A stretch of 64,000 nt of DNA from Synechococcales cyanobacterium VAR_4_metabat_354 (GTDB lineage Bacteria; Cyanobacteriota; Cyanobacteriia; Cyanobacteriales; Chamaesiphonaceae), in contig JANOQI010000033.1 of the NCBI GenBank assembly GCA_031414775.1, forward strand, positions 1 through 64,000. The letters are read 5' to 3'. Of the stretch, positions 20,439 to 30,164 are shown piece after piece. Under the pieces are notes generated by a model. The model ran no database searches, had not been told where the DNA came from, and saw only the letters and a list, made by a program, of their open reading frames with translations. Positions within the stretch are counted from its first letter, which is position 1. Each line of letters begins with the position of its first letter. Made by a program: the position numbers and the translations under genes.

Positions 20439-20479
20439 TTACAAAAACATCGATATGTTTTATTTACAAAAACATCGAT
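20439..20479. repeat. 16-bp direct repeat duplicating the 3' end of the cytochrome b gene
   Basis: ttacaaaaacatcgat at 20439-20454 and 20464-20479. Confidence 0.85.
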
Positions 20480-21057
20480 CGAACAATCCTGAGCCCGCCA
20501 ACTTTTAGACCCATGAATACATGGACAATCATAAAGAGCAACGAAATTGGCACAGTCATAAAATGAGCGGTGCGCAGGGTTTGCCAATTGCCAAATAGAT
20601 TAGCTAGCCATGCTAACTGCACCGGTTTATACATCGCTAATCCACTGGCGATCGCTAACACCAGAATGGGAATAATGCCGGTGTAAAGCAGCCGATGCCA
20701 AGCATAGGCTTTGCGCTTAGGATTTTGACTAACTTTTAGGGCTTGGAGATCGCTACCAGAAATAAAACGGCGCTGCCAGCGCTTCGTCAAGAAGATATAA
20801 ATGCCATAAATGAGCAAATTAAACGAAAACACCCACATGATGGCAAAGTGCCAGTCGCGACCACCGGCTAGCCACTCGCCCAAAGTTAAAAAATCCGGAA
20901 AATGCCAGCCTTCTTTGCCGCCAAATACTGGTGTGGCATTGTAAATTTGGAGACCACTGCCAATCATTAAAATCAGGCTGACAATAATGGTGCCATGAAA
21001 AAGCTTGATTACTAGTTGCTGGTGGGGAACAGGCGGCGATTTTTTGGGGGTAGCCAT
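20464..21057 (-). CDS. Di-heme cytochrome b membrane subunit
   Basis: Four TM segments with His residues; SGLQIYNA.P, WLAGGRDWHF, SGLAMYKP motifs. Confidence 0.88.
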   Translation of the reverse strand: MATPKKSPPVPHQQLVIKLFHGTIIVSLILMIGSGLQIYNATPVFGGKEGWHFPDFLTLGEWLAGGRDWHFAIMWVFSFNLLIYGIYIFLTKRWQRRFISGSDLQALKVSQNPKRKAYAWHRLLYTGIIPILVLAIASGLAMYKPVQLAWLANLFGNWQTLRTAHFMTVPISLLFMIVHVFMGLKVGGLRIVRSMFL

Positions 21058-21064
21058 AGCAATT

Positions 21065-21751
21065 TTAGATCGGTAAAGGTGGAAATAGTGGCGCTAGCCA
21101 CAGCTGGAGCCACACGTCTATGCCTAAGAGCATCGCGATTGCGGTACTGACTATCATGATGCCGCCAACTCTTTGGATTTTACTGGAATGCGATCGCAAC
21201 TGTAACAAACGATGACCCCAGTAGCGACCACCATAAGCCAACATCAACATGGGGATGGCCGCTCCCAGTCCATAGACTAGCAACATCCCAAAAGCTGGCA
21301 GTGGTTGATGCTGCACGGCTGCCAATAATAGAATGCTGGCCAGCACTGGACCGGCACAGGGAGTCCACAACAGTCCGAGCTGGGTTCCCAACCAGAATTC
21401 ACCGACTATGCCCAATCGGGTTGGACTGGAGGAATTAATTGAGAAATAACGAAAAAATCGATAGCCCCACTGCGGAAAAATGGCAAGCAAGCCCATCACC
21501 AATAGGATCAAGATGGCGATCGATCTCAAACCATCAGCCACATCTGGAATCCAGCTGGCCGCAAAACCGAGCAAACTCCCCGCCACCGCAAAACCGCCCA
21601 CTAAACCAGCTACCAACGCGATAGGACCGTAGCGATGAGATTGCAGCGATCGACCAATGATAATTGGCAACACTGGTAATACACAGGGCGACAAGACCGT
21701 AATCACCCCACCCCCAAAAGCTAACCCGACAGGTAAAAGAGAACTAGTCAT
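21065..21751 (-). CDS. CcdA/DsbD-family thiol-disulfide transporter
   Basis: SPCVLPVLP and WTPCAGP catalytic Cys motifs; six TM segments. Confidence 0.92.
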   Translation of the reverse strand: MTSSLLPVGLAFGGGVITVLSPCVLPVLPIIIGRSLQSHRYGPIALVAGLVGGFAVAGSLLGFAASWIPDVADGLRSIAILILLVMGLLAIFPQWGYRFFRYFSINSSSPTRLGIVGEFWLGTQLGLLWTPCAGPVLASILLLAAVQHQPLPAFGMLLVYGLGAAIPMLMLAYGGRYWGHRLLQLRSHSSKIQRVGGIMIVSTAIAMLLGIDVWLQLWLAPLFPPLPI

Positions 21752-22338
21752 GACTGCAATAATTTCTTAATCATTTGGGCAGTTGCGGGATAAGCGCCTT
21801 CTCCAATGTGATCATAGCGAATCAGGCCCTGTCGATCGGCCAAAAATAAATGGGGCCAATATTCATTGCGGTAAGCTTGCCAGGTTTGGAAATTATTATC
21901 GACAGCGACCGGGTAAGTGATGCCATGACGTTTCATCGCGGCTTGAATATTGCTGACCTTGCGCTCAAAAGGAAACTCGGGCGTATGCACCCCAATTACC
22001 TTCAGTCCTTGCTGAGCATACTGCTGATGCCAGCGGGTAATGTAAGGCAAAGTTCGCTGGCAGTTGATGCAACCCAATGTCCAAAACTGAATTAAAACTA
22101 CACTACCCTTGAGATCTTGCCTAGTGAGCGGGGCTGAATTCAACCACTGTTGAATACCTTGAAATTCTGGCAATAGCGAGGCGGCGGCGGTAAATTCTCT
22201 GGGCTGGGCGGTGGGGGTCAAGATCTGGTTGGATTTGGCTGCTAACTGCCGTGGCCGTAAGCTGGCAGCTAATCCAGCTCCGGCTGCTCCCAAGCCCCAT
22301 AACAAAAACTGGCGGCGCTGAAAAAATGAGTTGTTCAT
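21748..22338 (-). CDS. Redoxin/thioredoxin-like protein (DipZ C-terminal type), Tat signal
   Basis: QRRQFL signal, FWTLGCINC, GVHTPEF, YWPH, HIGEG. Confidence 0.9.
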   Translation of the reverse strand: MNNSFFQRRQFLLWGLGAAGAGLAASLRPRQLAAKSNQILTPTAQPREFTAAASLLPEFQGIQQWLNSAPLTRQDLKGSVVLIQFWTLGCINCQRTLPYITRWHQQYAQQGLKVIGVHTPEFPFERKVSNIQAAMKRHGITYPVAVDNNFQTWQAYRNEYWPHLFLADRQGLIRYDHIGEGAYPATAQMIKKLLQS

Positions 22339-22495
22339 AATTGTAGACAGCTGGATAGGATTTTATCGAAAAATGCTCTTGTTCTATATACAAGGCCAGC
22401 ATTTCAGCTGGATTCATTTTGTCTCGGTTACTTTTTCTATCCAATTATCCGTATTAAGTAACGAAGCTAAAAATATAGCTACGCCAACTAGCTTT

Positions 22496-23038
22496 TCAAC
22501 AATCTTGACGACTGTGCCAAAAGCTTTCGGCAAAAGCCACCGCTGGATGCATCGGCGCTTTTGGTCGGTGCTTGAGCATAAAATTAGTTTCCGAGAGATA
22601 TTTATCACCCTTCCGGCCATTGCACTTTTCACAGGCAATCACCACATTATCCCAAGTGTGACCACCACCGCGCGAACGGGGAATTACGTGATCGATCGTT
22701 AGACTCTTACCGGTACCACAATATTGACACTTGTGACTGTCCCGCCGCAGTAGCTCCCGCCTACTGACCGGCGGCACCTTCCATAGGCGTTCCGCCGTGG
22801 AAACTCGCAAGCGAATTTGGTGAGGGACATCGATAGTAATCGAAGGCGATCGCAACTGCCAAAACTCATTTTGTTCGAGTTCTAACGGTTCCGCTCGGCC
22901 ACTAACTAGCAGGGTGACAGCCCGCCGAATATTGACTCGTGCCATCGGCAAGTAGTTATTAGAAAAAACCACTACTGAATGCTGCAAGACATCAGGTTGC
23001 AGAGCGTGGGATGTTTGTTGGAATATTGCAGAATTCAT
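22496..23038 (-). CDS. HNH endonuclease (McrA-like, cyanobacterial)
   Basis: RRD..CQYCG, TIDHVIPRSRGG, WDNVVIACEKCNGRKG. Start adjusted to ATG 23038, with a GGGGA SD-like site upstream. Confidence 0.92.
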   Translation of the reverse strand: MNSAIFQQTSHALQPDVLQHSVVVFSNNYLPMARVNIRRAVTLLVSGRAEPLELEQNEFWQLRSPSITIDVPHQIRLRVSTAERLWKVPPVSRRELLRRDSHKCQYCGTGKSLTIDHVIPRSRGGGHTWDNVVIACEKCNGRKGDKYLSETNFMLKHRPKAPMHPAVAFAESFWHSRQDC

Positions 23039-23059
23039 ATATTTTATGTCCCCATAAAT

Positions 23060-23340
23060 ACAAGCACCCCCGCTGAGCAAGTCAGCGGGGGCAAGTACCA
23101 AGCCAAGAATAAATTCTGAGCTAGCTGTTACTATTTAGAGATGAAGCGGTCAGACCTATCTCTTCCGCTGGGCAGTATTCGCTCTAGAGCCATCACTAAC
23201 CTGGAAATTTCACCAAGTTGCCAATCATCACCAAATAGCTCTCCCCACCACAGACTTTGGTGGATGGAGAGCCAAAAATTAGAGCTGGTGATGCAGATGT
23301 GACCCATGAACGAATGTTTAAAGCGATGTGGAATACTGAC
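23060..23340 (-). ncRNA. Candidate structured leader/ncRNA upstream of the HNH gene
   Basis: Non-coding. Extended -10-like TGcTAATAT at 23354-23346 (minus), nested stems at 23226-23293, further stems at 23137-23217 and a 10-bp perfect GC stem at 23067-23091. No known family recognised. Confidence 0.45.
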
Positions 23341-23491
23341 TATCAATATTAGCACACGACAATTTTTGGCTGCTAACATCCTCCAAATCCTATCTCCTCA
23401 TCTGTTTTAAATTGTGGAGAAAATTGCAACAATACGGAGCGGTGCAAGGATTGCGATAGGATGAAGTACTAAAGATTTTCACTGATTGTCA

Positions 23492-24517
23492 ATGAGTTCT
23501 GTTCCCGTTATTACCACTCCCAACTGGCAAGCCCTTGCCGATCAAGCTCTTGCTGGTCAGCTATTGCCGCGTGCCGATGCTCTGGCAGTCTTGCAAGCCC
23601 CTGATACCGAGTTATTAGATCAGATCGCTGCGGCCTATCGCGTGCGTCGTCAATATTGGGGCAACCGGGTGCGGCTGCATTTTTTACTTAACGCCCAGAG
23701 TGGTTTGTGTCCAGAAGATTGCCATTATTGTTCGCAGTCCAAGATATCGACGGCTGAGATCGACAAGTATCCCTTGCTGGCCGAAGAAAAAATCCTGGCC
23801 GCTGCCGATCGAGCAGCGAGTTGTAAAGCTGCCACTTTTTGTATGGCAATTTCGGGGCGTTCTCCCAACGAGCCGACCTTTGATCGGATCTTGAGTGCCA
23901 TCCGCGCCGTCAAGTCTAAGCACGACATGAAAATCTGCACGACTCTAGGCTTGTTGTCAGCAGAACAGACCCAGCGACTAGCCGCTGCTGGTGTCGATCG
24001 AGTGAATCACAACCTCAATACTGCTGCCGATCGACACGATGAAATTTGCTCCACCCACACTTATCTCGACAGGTTGACCACCGTCAAAAATGTCCAAGCA
24101 GCTGGTATTACTACTTGCTCTGGTGGTATTCTGGGCATGGGCGAATCAGATGAAGACGTGATCAATCTGGCCCTCACCCTACGGGATCTGAATGTTACGA
24201 GCGTGCCGATCAACTTTCTGATTCCCATTCCGGGCACCCCTTTTGGATCGATCGATCAGCTCACCCCCCAACAATGTTTAAGAATTCTGTGTTTATTTAG
24301 ATTAATTTTACCCAGTCAAGAAATTCGGATTGCGGGCGGGAGAGAAGTGCAATTGCGCTCACTTCAACCTTTAGGACTGTACGTTGCCAACTCCATCTTT
24401 GTGGGCGATTACTTAACTACCCCAGGTCAAACGGCGGCTGAAGATTGGCAAATGATTACTGATGCTGGTTTTGTCTTAGAAACTGCCGATGGTTCGGCAA
24501 TGCCAACCGCATTGTAA
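23492..24517 (+). CDS. bioB: Biotin synthase
   Basis: Radical SAM motif [43 protein letters not shown]. Confidence 0.97.
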   Translation: MSSVPVITTPNWQALADQALAGQLLPRADALAVLQAPDTELLDQIAAAYRVRRQYWGNRVRLHFLLNAQSGLCPEDCHYCSQSKISTAEIDKYPLLAEEKILAAADRAASCKAATFCMAISGRSPNEPTFDRILSAIRAVKSKHDMKICTTLGLLSAEQTQRLAAAGVDRVNHNLNTAADRHDEICSTHTYLDRLTTVKNVQAAGITTCSGGILGMGESDEDVINLALTLRDLNVTSVPINFLIPIPGTPFGSIDQLTPQQCLRILCLFRLILPSQEIRIAGGREVQLRSLQPLGLYVANSIFVGDYLTTPGQTAAEDWQMITDAGFVLETADGSAMPTAL

Positions 24518-24592
24518 TCATCGCCACCAGTAATCTGTATAATGTAATGTGCCCAGTTAACTACTTGTCTCGCAGTTCGATTTGACCAATTT

Positions 24593-26518
24593 ATGCAATA
24601 TTCGCCTAGACTGGACGACCTGAAAATATTGAGTTGCTTTCTTAAAGATCAGCTCCATGCGCACATGGGGCGAATAGTACCTTTAATGGTGCACTGTATC
24701 TTTAAGGATGACGTTCTGTGGGTGTTGTGTGAACATCCCCCAGAAACAGTAATCGATACCCAAGAAACTTTTCGGGTGTTGGAGAAAAATCTCCAGGCCG
24801 AAGAGCCAGCAGTTCAGCTGCCAGTTAGACTCTATTTGCGTACCATTGGTCAGAAACAGCCCTACAGTACTGAAAACTTTACTATTTATCCGGTAGTGCC
24901 CGGTCTCAAGAAAGAGGCAGCACCAGCAAGTGAAAGATCAGCAAGGCAGATACCAGTACAGAATTTGACGAAAAACACCTCGGCAGGGCTTCAGACTCCA
25001 AAAGTACCCGCCAGTCGTGACCACAAAACCTTAAATAACTTAGCTGTTAGTACTACTCCCAAGTCTATTGCTAACTTAACGGAAGATACCCTAAACGATG
25101 AAGTAACCATTGAGCAAATGTCTTTAGCCAATACTAATACTGATATTAATTCTGATCTGGTCGAGTCCAAACCTAATACAACAGAAGATTTTGCCGATAG
25201 TGGGCAGGAGGATTTTTCTCCGACTAGCAGTTCTCCACCACCACCAAAGAAAACTGGCTTACTGATTGGTGGCGGAATTAGTCTAGTTGCTCTAGGACTG
25301 GGAATTTTTGGCATAACTAGACCTTGTGTGTTGGGTGCTTGTCCCCAGATTCAGCAGTCGCACCGTCTGGTCGAAAAATCTTTAGCTATTATTAATCCAG
25401 CTGCCACTGGCAAAGAACTCCAAGATGCTCAGTCCAGTTTGCGGCAGAGCATCGCTAGTCTTCAAATGGTGCCGTTTTGGTCTCATTCTTATACCCAAGC
25501 TCAAACTGATCTCAAAAACTATGAACGGCACTCCACCATGCTAAATCTGGTGATAGCCGGTATGAATAAAGCAGAACGGGCTGCTGAGCCAACGCAGCAA
25601 CAGCCCGTAACTCAAGCTGCTTGGCAGGACAGTCAGCAACTATGGGAAGCAGCGATTACCGATCTGGAAAAAGTTTCTACCGATAGCGAAGTTTATCCTC
25701 TCGCCCAGAAAAAACAGGTAGAGTATCAGCAACAACTAAATTCTGTTAAGCAAAATATCACTAGTGAGGTCAATGCGAGCAAGAATCTAAATAGTGCTAA
25801 AGTACTATCTTTGGCCGCTTCCCAAAAACAACCCCAAGCTCAGTCTTTAGAACAGTGGCAAGCTTTACAGCAAGACTGGAAATCAATGAGTGGTTTCATT
25901 AATAATATCCCAGCTGGATCTAGCGCTTATGCCGAAGCGCAAACCCTGAAAAAACTCTATGAGCCACAGATATTGGTAGTAAATGCCAAGTTAGACAAAG
26001 AAAAAGTATCTGGGGACTTCTCGCAAAAATCAGAAACTGCTGCCCAGGTCGCCAAAAAATTTCAAAAGGATCAGAAGCTAGATGAGTCTTTATCGCAGTG
26101 GAATAATGCGATCGCTCTCCTCCAGAAGATTCCCACTGATAGTATTTATCAAGCTAGTGCTCAAAAGCGCATCCCTGAATATAATGCAGCGATGCAAAAG
26201 GTTGTCGCCACGAAGAATCAAGTCCAAGCTGATAAAGATATGAAGCAAACCTGTGAGGGTAAGCCCCAAGTATGTAGCTACCAAATTGCTGATAAAGCTA
26301 TTATGGTCAAATTATTACCAGCTTACACCCAGACAGTACGCAAAACGGCCTTAGCAGCCAATACTCAAGGTGATAACAACGCCAAAATTGGCTTGATCAA
26401 GCATCTTCAAAGTCTTGGTAATGCGCTAGAGGCTGTCAGTGATAATAGTCGGATTCCGATTCAGCTGTATTTTGAAAATGGCAAACTTCTTCAGAGCTAT
26501 ACACCACGTAAATCCTAG
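24593..26518 (+). CDS. Membrane-anchored alpha-helical repeat protein (cyanobacterial hypothetical)
   Basis: N-terminal domain with LYLR..GQKQPY, low-complexity linker, TM + TRPCVLGACP, then W..AI..L..IP..S..Y..AQ repeats. Confidence 0.7.
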   Translation: MQYSPRLDDLKILSCFLKDQLHAHMGRIVPLMVHCIFKDDVLWVLCEHPPETVIDTQETFRVLEKNLQAEEPAVQLPVRLYLRTIGQKQPYSTENFTIYPVVPGLKKEAAPASERSARQIPVQNLTKNTSAGLQTPKVPASRDHKTLNNLAVSTTPKSIANLTEDTLNDEVTIEQMSLANTNTDINSDLVESKPNTTEDFADSGQEDFSPTSSSPPPPKKTGLLIGGGISLVALGLGIFGITRPCVLGACPQIQQSHRLVEKSLAIINPAATGKELQDAQSSLRQSIASLQMVPFWSHSYTQAQTDLKNYERHSTMLNLVIAGMNKAERAAEPTQQQPVTQAAWQDSQQLWEAAITDLEKVSTDSEVYPLAQKKQVEYQQQLNSVKQNITSEVNASKNLNSAKVLSLAASQKQPQAQSLEQWQALQQDWKSMSGFINNIPAGSSAYAEAQTLKKLYEPQILVVNAKLDKEKVSGDFSQKSETAAQVAKKFQKDQKLDESLSQWNNAIALLQKIPTDSIYQASAQKRIPEYNAAMQKVVATKNQVQADKDMKQTCEGKPQVCSYQIADKAIMVKLLPAYTQTVRKTALAANTQGDNNAKIGLIKHLQSLGNALEAVSDNSRIPIQLYFENGKLLQSYTPRKS

Positions 26519-26543
26519 AAATTTAATTTTAAGGCATTGGCAT

Positions 26544-26581
26544 AAAAGCCTTGCTCTATTGACTCTAGAGCAAGGCTTTTT
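26544..26581. terminator. Bidirectional intrinsic terminator
   Basis: aaaagccttgctcta-N7-tagagcaaggctttt between convergent genes. Confidence 0.85.
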
Positions 26582-26612
26582 ATATCATTCAATATTAAAT
26601 GTAATTTAATGA

Positions 26613-27038
26613 CTACATTTTTTGAGCAACAGTACTGTTAAGGCGATCCAGAGCCGTGACTAGTTGTTGTTGGGCTACCACTGCTGCATCAGCTGCGGGT
26701 TCAGCCATTGCTTCTTGACGAGCTAATTTCTTTTTGGCTTTTTCATAGGCTCTCACCACCAAAAAGATTACAAAAGAAATTACTAAGAAATTAATCACTG
26801 CCGCTAGAAACAAGCCAATTTTAACACTATCACCAACTACTAACTTCTCGATATCTGAAACATTAGCAGCCTTTAGTGCTGGTGCTAATATCGCTGGTGT
26901 AATTACATCTTTAACAAAAGATTCGACAATTTTCCCAAATGCTCCACCCAAAATCACTGCAACCGCCAAGTCAATGACGTTGCCCTTGATAATAAAGTCC
27001 TTAAAGTCATTGATAAAACTACTTTTTGCTACAGCCAT
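26613..27038 (-). CDS. mscL: Large-conductance mechanosensitive channel
   Basis: FKDFIIKGNVIDLAVAVILGGAFGKIV and G.FL.AVINFL. Confidence 0.96.
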   Translation of the reverse strand: MAVAKSSFINDFKDFIIKGNVIDLAVAVILGGAFGKIVESFVKDVITPAILAPALKAANVSDIEKLVVGDSVKIGLFLAAVINFLVISFVIFLVVRAYEKAKKKLARQEAMAEPAADAAVVAQQQLVTALDRLNSTVAQKM

Positions 27039-27162
27039 GATTATCCTCACATTATTTACGTTCGAGAGTAGATTCTAACACTAGTTTTTGGCAACATGAA
27101 GCCCTAGATGTATGATTTGGTATCAATTAATTCAGATATATGGCTGATATCTGGGTACTTAT

Positions 27163-29370
27163 CTAAGATTTAGGGGGAGAATATCTTTGGATAATTGGCT
27201 GTAAATCTTGTAGGACTAACGTTGCCGATTGGTAACGATTAATATATTGATAGGCGACCATTCGATCGATAATTGTGATCAGTTCAGGACTAATCAATGA
27301 TAGATGTTGCCATTGCAAATTACCGGTTCTTTCATCTACTTCTAGATCACGAGGGTTGGTTCGGCTGGCAGCGCCAATCGCAATCATTCCCAAAGCATAA
27401 ATGTCACTACTGAAATTTGGCCGACCCGCATATTGCTCTGGTGGTGTAAAACCTCTAGTTCCGATTGCAATAGTTCGATCGGAGCTATCAGCGATGTCCA
27501 ACGACTGGGGATTAATTTCTTTGACGGCTCCAAAATCAATTAACACTAATTTTTGATCAACTTCCGATCGAATAATATTGCTAGGCTTAATATCCCGATG
27601 AATTACATGCTGACTATGAATATATTCTAAAACTGGTAATAGCTGTTGCAGGAGTTCCACCACTTTTTTTTCTGGCCAAGGTTCTTTGACTTGGTGTAGT
27701 TCTTCATCTAGTGACTGACCCGGAATTAATTCTTGCACTAGATAAAACTCTTGATTTTGCTCAAAATAAGCCAACAGGTAGGGGATTTGAGGATGACTAC
27801 CCAATTTATCTAAAATTTTGGCTTCAGTAGTAAACAGCCGTCTCGCCATGCCGACAAAGGCCGGGTCGCGCCGGGCTGGCACCAAATGTTTGATAGCACA
27901 ACGTGGCTGACTGGGACGCTTGGTATCTTCGGCTAAGTAAGTAACGGCAAAACCGCCTTTACCCAGGGTATCCACAATTTGATAGCGATCGTCTAGTAAC
28001 TGGTCAACCGGCAAACTAAAAGGAATAGTAGTCGTATTCTCATCAGCTTGGGTAATTGCACTACTGCTGTTAGGCATAGAAGCAGGCGCAGCTGGTTGTT
28101 CAATAAGCAATTGCTTTAGGGCATTGATGGTCTGTTCTTGGTTGCGAGTCAGGATCAACATTTTTTGTTGTTTTTGACTAGTTTGATGCGATCGCCAAGC
28201 GGCAGTGACCAGAGCACTACTCAATAAACCTAGCAGCGGCGAGGCAACAGGTAACCAGACAGAATTGATAAATAGTATCCCAAATACTCCAACTACAACG
28301 CAGCCAGCCCCGCCGATCGCTCCGGCCAATTTTCCGGGGTGACGGATGAACCATGCCAGGTAACTTCCTCCCCAAGAGCAACTCAATAGCCAGAGATTTT
28401 CTGACCATTCTGGGAAAAAACTCACTAGCGATCGATTGTCTAAGGCCAAACTCATTAACTGGCTGGTAATTTGGGCATGGACAATTACACCAGGCATTAC
28501 ATTGTCTTCCGCCCGCCCGGCGCTGTAAGGTGTCCGAAATTCATCCCTGAGACTGCCAGCGGTCGATCCAATCAATACCACCCGATCTTTAATTTGACTG
28601 GCGACTACTTTATTTTCTAAGACATCAGTGAGGCTCACTATTTTAGCCACCATTTGGGGATGTCGATATTTAAGCAAAATGGGATAGCCATTGATGTCAG
28701 CCTTACTATAACCACCAGCATTAGCCTGGATACTAGGTACTGATAGTTTTCCCAGCAGGTAAGATTTAGTTTTTTCGTCAAAATCTGGGATTATTTGGTG
28801 TTGATTCGCTAAATAGATTTCAGCCAACTGTAAAGCTAGCGATTTATCCGCCGGACAGCCAGATTTTGGATCGACACCACCAATTAGTAGCGATGCGCGC
28901 CTGGTAATTCCATCGGGATCGATCGGAATATCGACAAATCCCACTTTCTCCGCAGCTACTCCGGGTGGACTATTAAAGATAGTTGTACCCTTACCACCAT
29001 GATTACAAATGGTAATCACCTGATCGTTCGTTTGCAGGGTTTTCAAGAGTTTGCCCTGTGCCCAGTCTCGTACTAAGTCGATACCTACGACAAAAGCTTG
29101 TTGATCAATTAGCCGCTGGAGAGCTTTATTCAGAACAGCATCAGGTAGCGGATATTTGTATTTGGCAATATCTTGCTCTGTAATACCAACCACTAACAGT
29201 CGGGGGTCGGGTGGTTCTAATGGTCGCCAGCGGGTGGCTTGATCGTAAGCCGCCAGTTCCATCGACTCTAGTCCTCCCCCTTCTCTAAACCCAACAATAA
29301 TCCCAGCCAGCAGTAGACCAGAAAGTAATGGGGTCAGCAAGTTTTGGGTCAGCCAAGCAAGTTGTTTCAT
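27163..29370 (-). CDS. CHASE2-domain transmembrane Ser/Thr protein kinase
   Basis: ELAAYD, PDPRLLVVGITEQD, MPGVIVHAQ (CHASE2); three TM segments; LGKGGF, HRDIKPSN, DFG, GTRGFTPPEQ (kinase). Confidence 0.95.
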   Translation of the reverse strand: MKQLAWLTQNLLTPLLSGLLLAGIIVGFREGGGLESMELAAYDQATRWRPLEPPDPRLLVVGITEQDIAKYKYPLPDAVLNKALQRLIDQQAFVVGIDLVRDWAQGKLLKTLQTNDQVITICNHGGKGTTIFNSPPGVAAEKVGFVDIPIDPDGITRRASLLIGGVDPKSGCPADKSLALQLAEIYLANQHQIIPDFDEKTKSYLLGKLSVPSIQANAGGYSKADINGYPILLKYRHPQMVAKIVSLTDVLENKVVASQIKDRVVLIGSTAGSLRDEFRTPYSAGRAEDNVMPGVIVHAQITSQLMSLALDNRSLVSFFPEWSENLWLLSCSWGGSYLAWFIRHPGKLAGAIGGAGCVVVGVFGILFINSVWLPVASPLLGLLSSALVTAAWRSHQTSQKQQKMLILTRNQEQTINALKQLLIEQPAAPASMPNSSSAITQADENTTTIPFSLPVDQLLDDRYQIVDTLGKGGFAVTYLAEDTKRPSQPRCAIKHLVPARRDPAFVGMARRLFTTEAKILDKLGSHPQIPYLLAYFEQNQEFYLVQELIPGQSLDEELHQVKEPWPEKKVVELLQQLLPVLEYIHSQHVIHRDIKPSNIIRSEVDQKLVLIDFGAVKEINPQSLDIADSSDRTIAIGTRGFTPPEQYAGRPNFSSDIYALGMIAIGAASRTNPRDLEVDERTGNLQWQHLSLISPELITIIDRMVAYQYINRYQSATLVLQDLQPIIQRYSPPKS

Positions 29371-30164
29371 CGTAAAAATGAGTTAGGAATGGAGAACAGG
29401 CTAGCCGCAGCAGTATCTAGATAGAGAGTGGCGGTCGGCTGCTGACGCAAAATAGTACCCGGAAGCTGTGGGGCAACGGAAGCCGTCAATAGCTGTTGAA
29501 CGATCACTGCTTTACGCTCACTGGTCGCAATGCAGTAAATCTGTCGTGCTCGGCAAATACTGGGAATAGTTAAAGTCATGGCATATTGGGGCACTTGACT
29601 TAGCTCCGCAAAAAATCCCACGTCTACTTGCTGTTGTCGCGATTTTTCAGCTAGTTTGACAATTTTGACCGGATCGGGATCCGTAAAATTAGCGACTAGT
29701 GGATCATTAAAAGCAATATGGCCATTGTCTCCAATACCCAGCAGACAGAGATCGATCGGCTGAGCGGCGAGTAATGATCCGTAGCGCCGACATTCGGCGA
29801 TCGGCTCCAAACAGGCACTGTTTAAATAGTGAAACTGACGCACTGGGACTTGTTGGGCAACCAATTCTTGCATATATTGCTGAAAACTAGCTGGATGATC
29901 AGTGCCAATTCCTAAATATTCATCTAGATGGAAGCAGGTGATTTTAGACCAGTCCAAGGAAGAATGCTGTGTTAGTGCTTTCAGAAGTTGAATTTGGGAG
30001 CTACCCGAAGCCAGAATTATTGCTGCCGAACCCTGCTTCTCAATCACTGTTTGAAGATAGTGTTGGATGCGATCGACTAAATTACTGACCAGATCGGTAA
30101 TTTCTGGATAGATTTCAATGCGTAGTTCATCAATCTGCTGAGTTAGGGGTGGGGATAAAGGCAT
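29367..30164 (-). CDS. nagB: Glucosamine-6-phosphate deaminase-like protein
   Basis: FHLDEYLG, HPASF, LGIGDNGHIAFNDP, AMTLTI. Overlaps the kinase start by 4 bp (ATGA). Confidence 0.8.
   Translation of the reverse strand: MPLSPPLTQQIDELRIEIYPEITDLVSNLVDRIQHYLQTVIEKQGSAAIILASGSSQIQLLKALTQHSSLDWSKITCFHLDEYLGIGTDHPASFQQYMQELVAQQVPVRQFHYLNSACLEPIAECRRYGSLLAAQPIDLCLLGIGDNGHIAFNDPLVANFTDPDPVKIVKLAEKSRQQQVDVGFFAELSQVPQYAMTLTIPSICRARQIYCIATSERKAVIVQQLLTASVAPQLPGTILRQQPTATLYLDTAAASLFSIPNSFLR

Noticed and set aside
22496..23101. HNH gene as IscB/Cas9-like or with the longer 201-aa start
   Set aside because: It is too short and lacks RuvC motifs. The N-terminal extension runs through the GC hairpin, so ATG 23038 is preferred.
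23131..23379. 82-aa ORF upstream of HNH
   Set aside because: No recognisable protein features; the region is better explained as promoter plus structured RNA.
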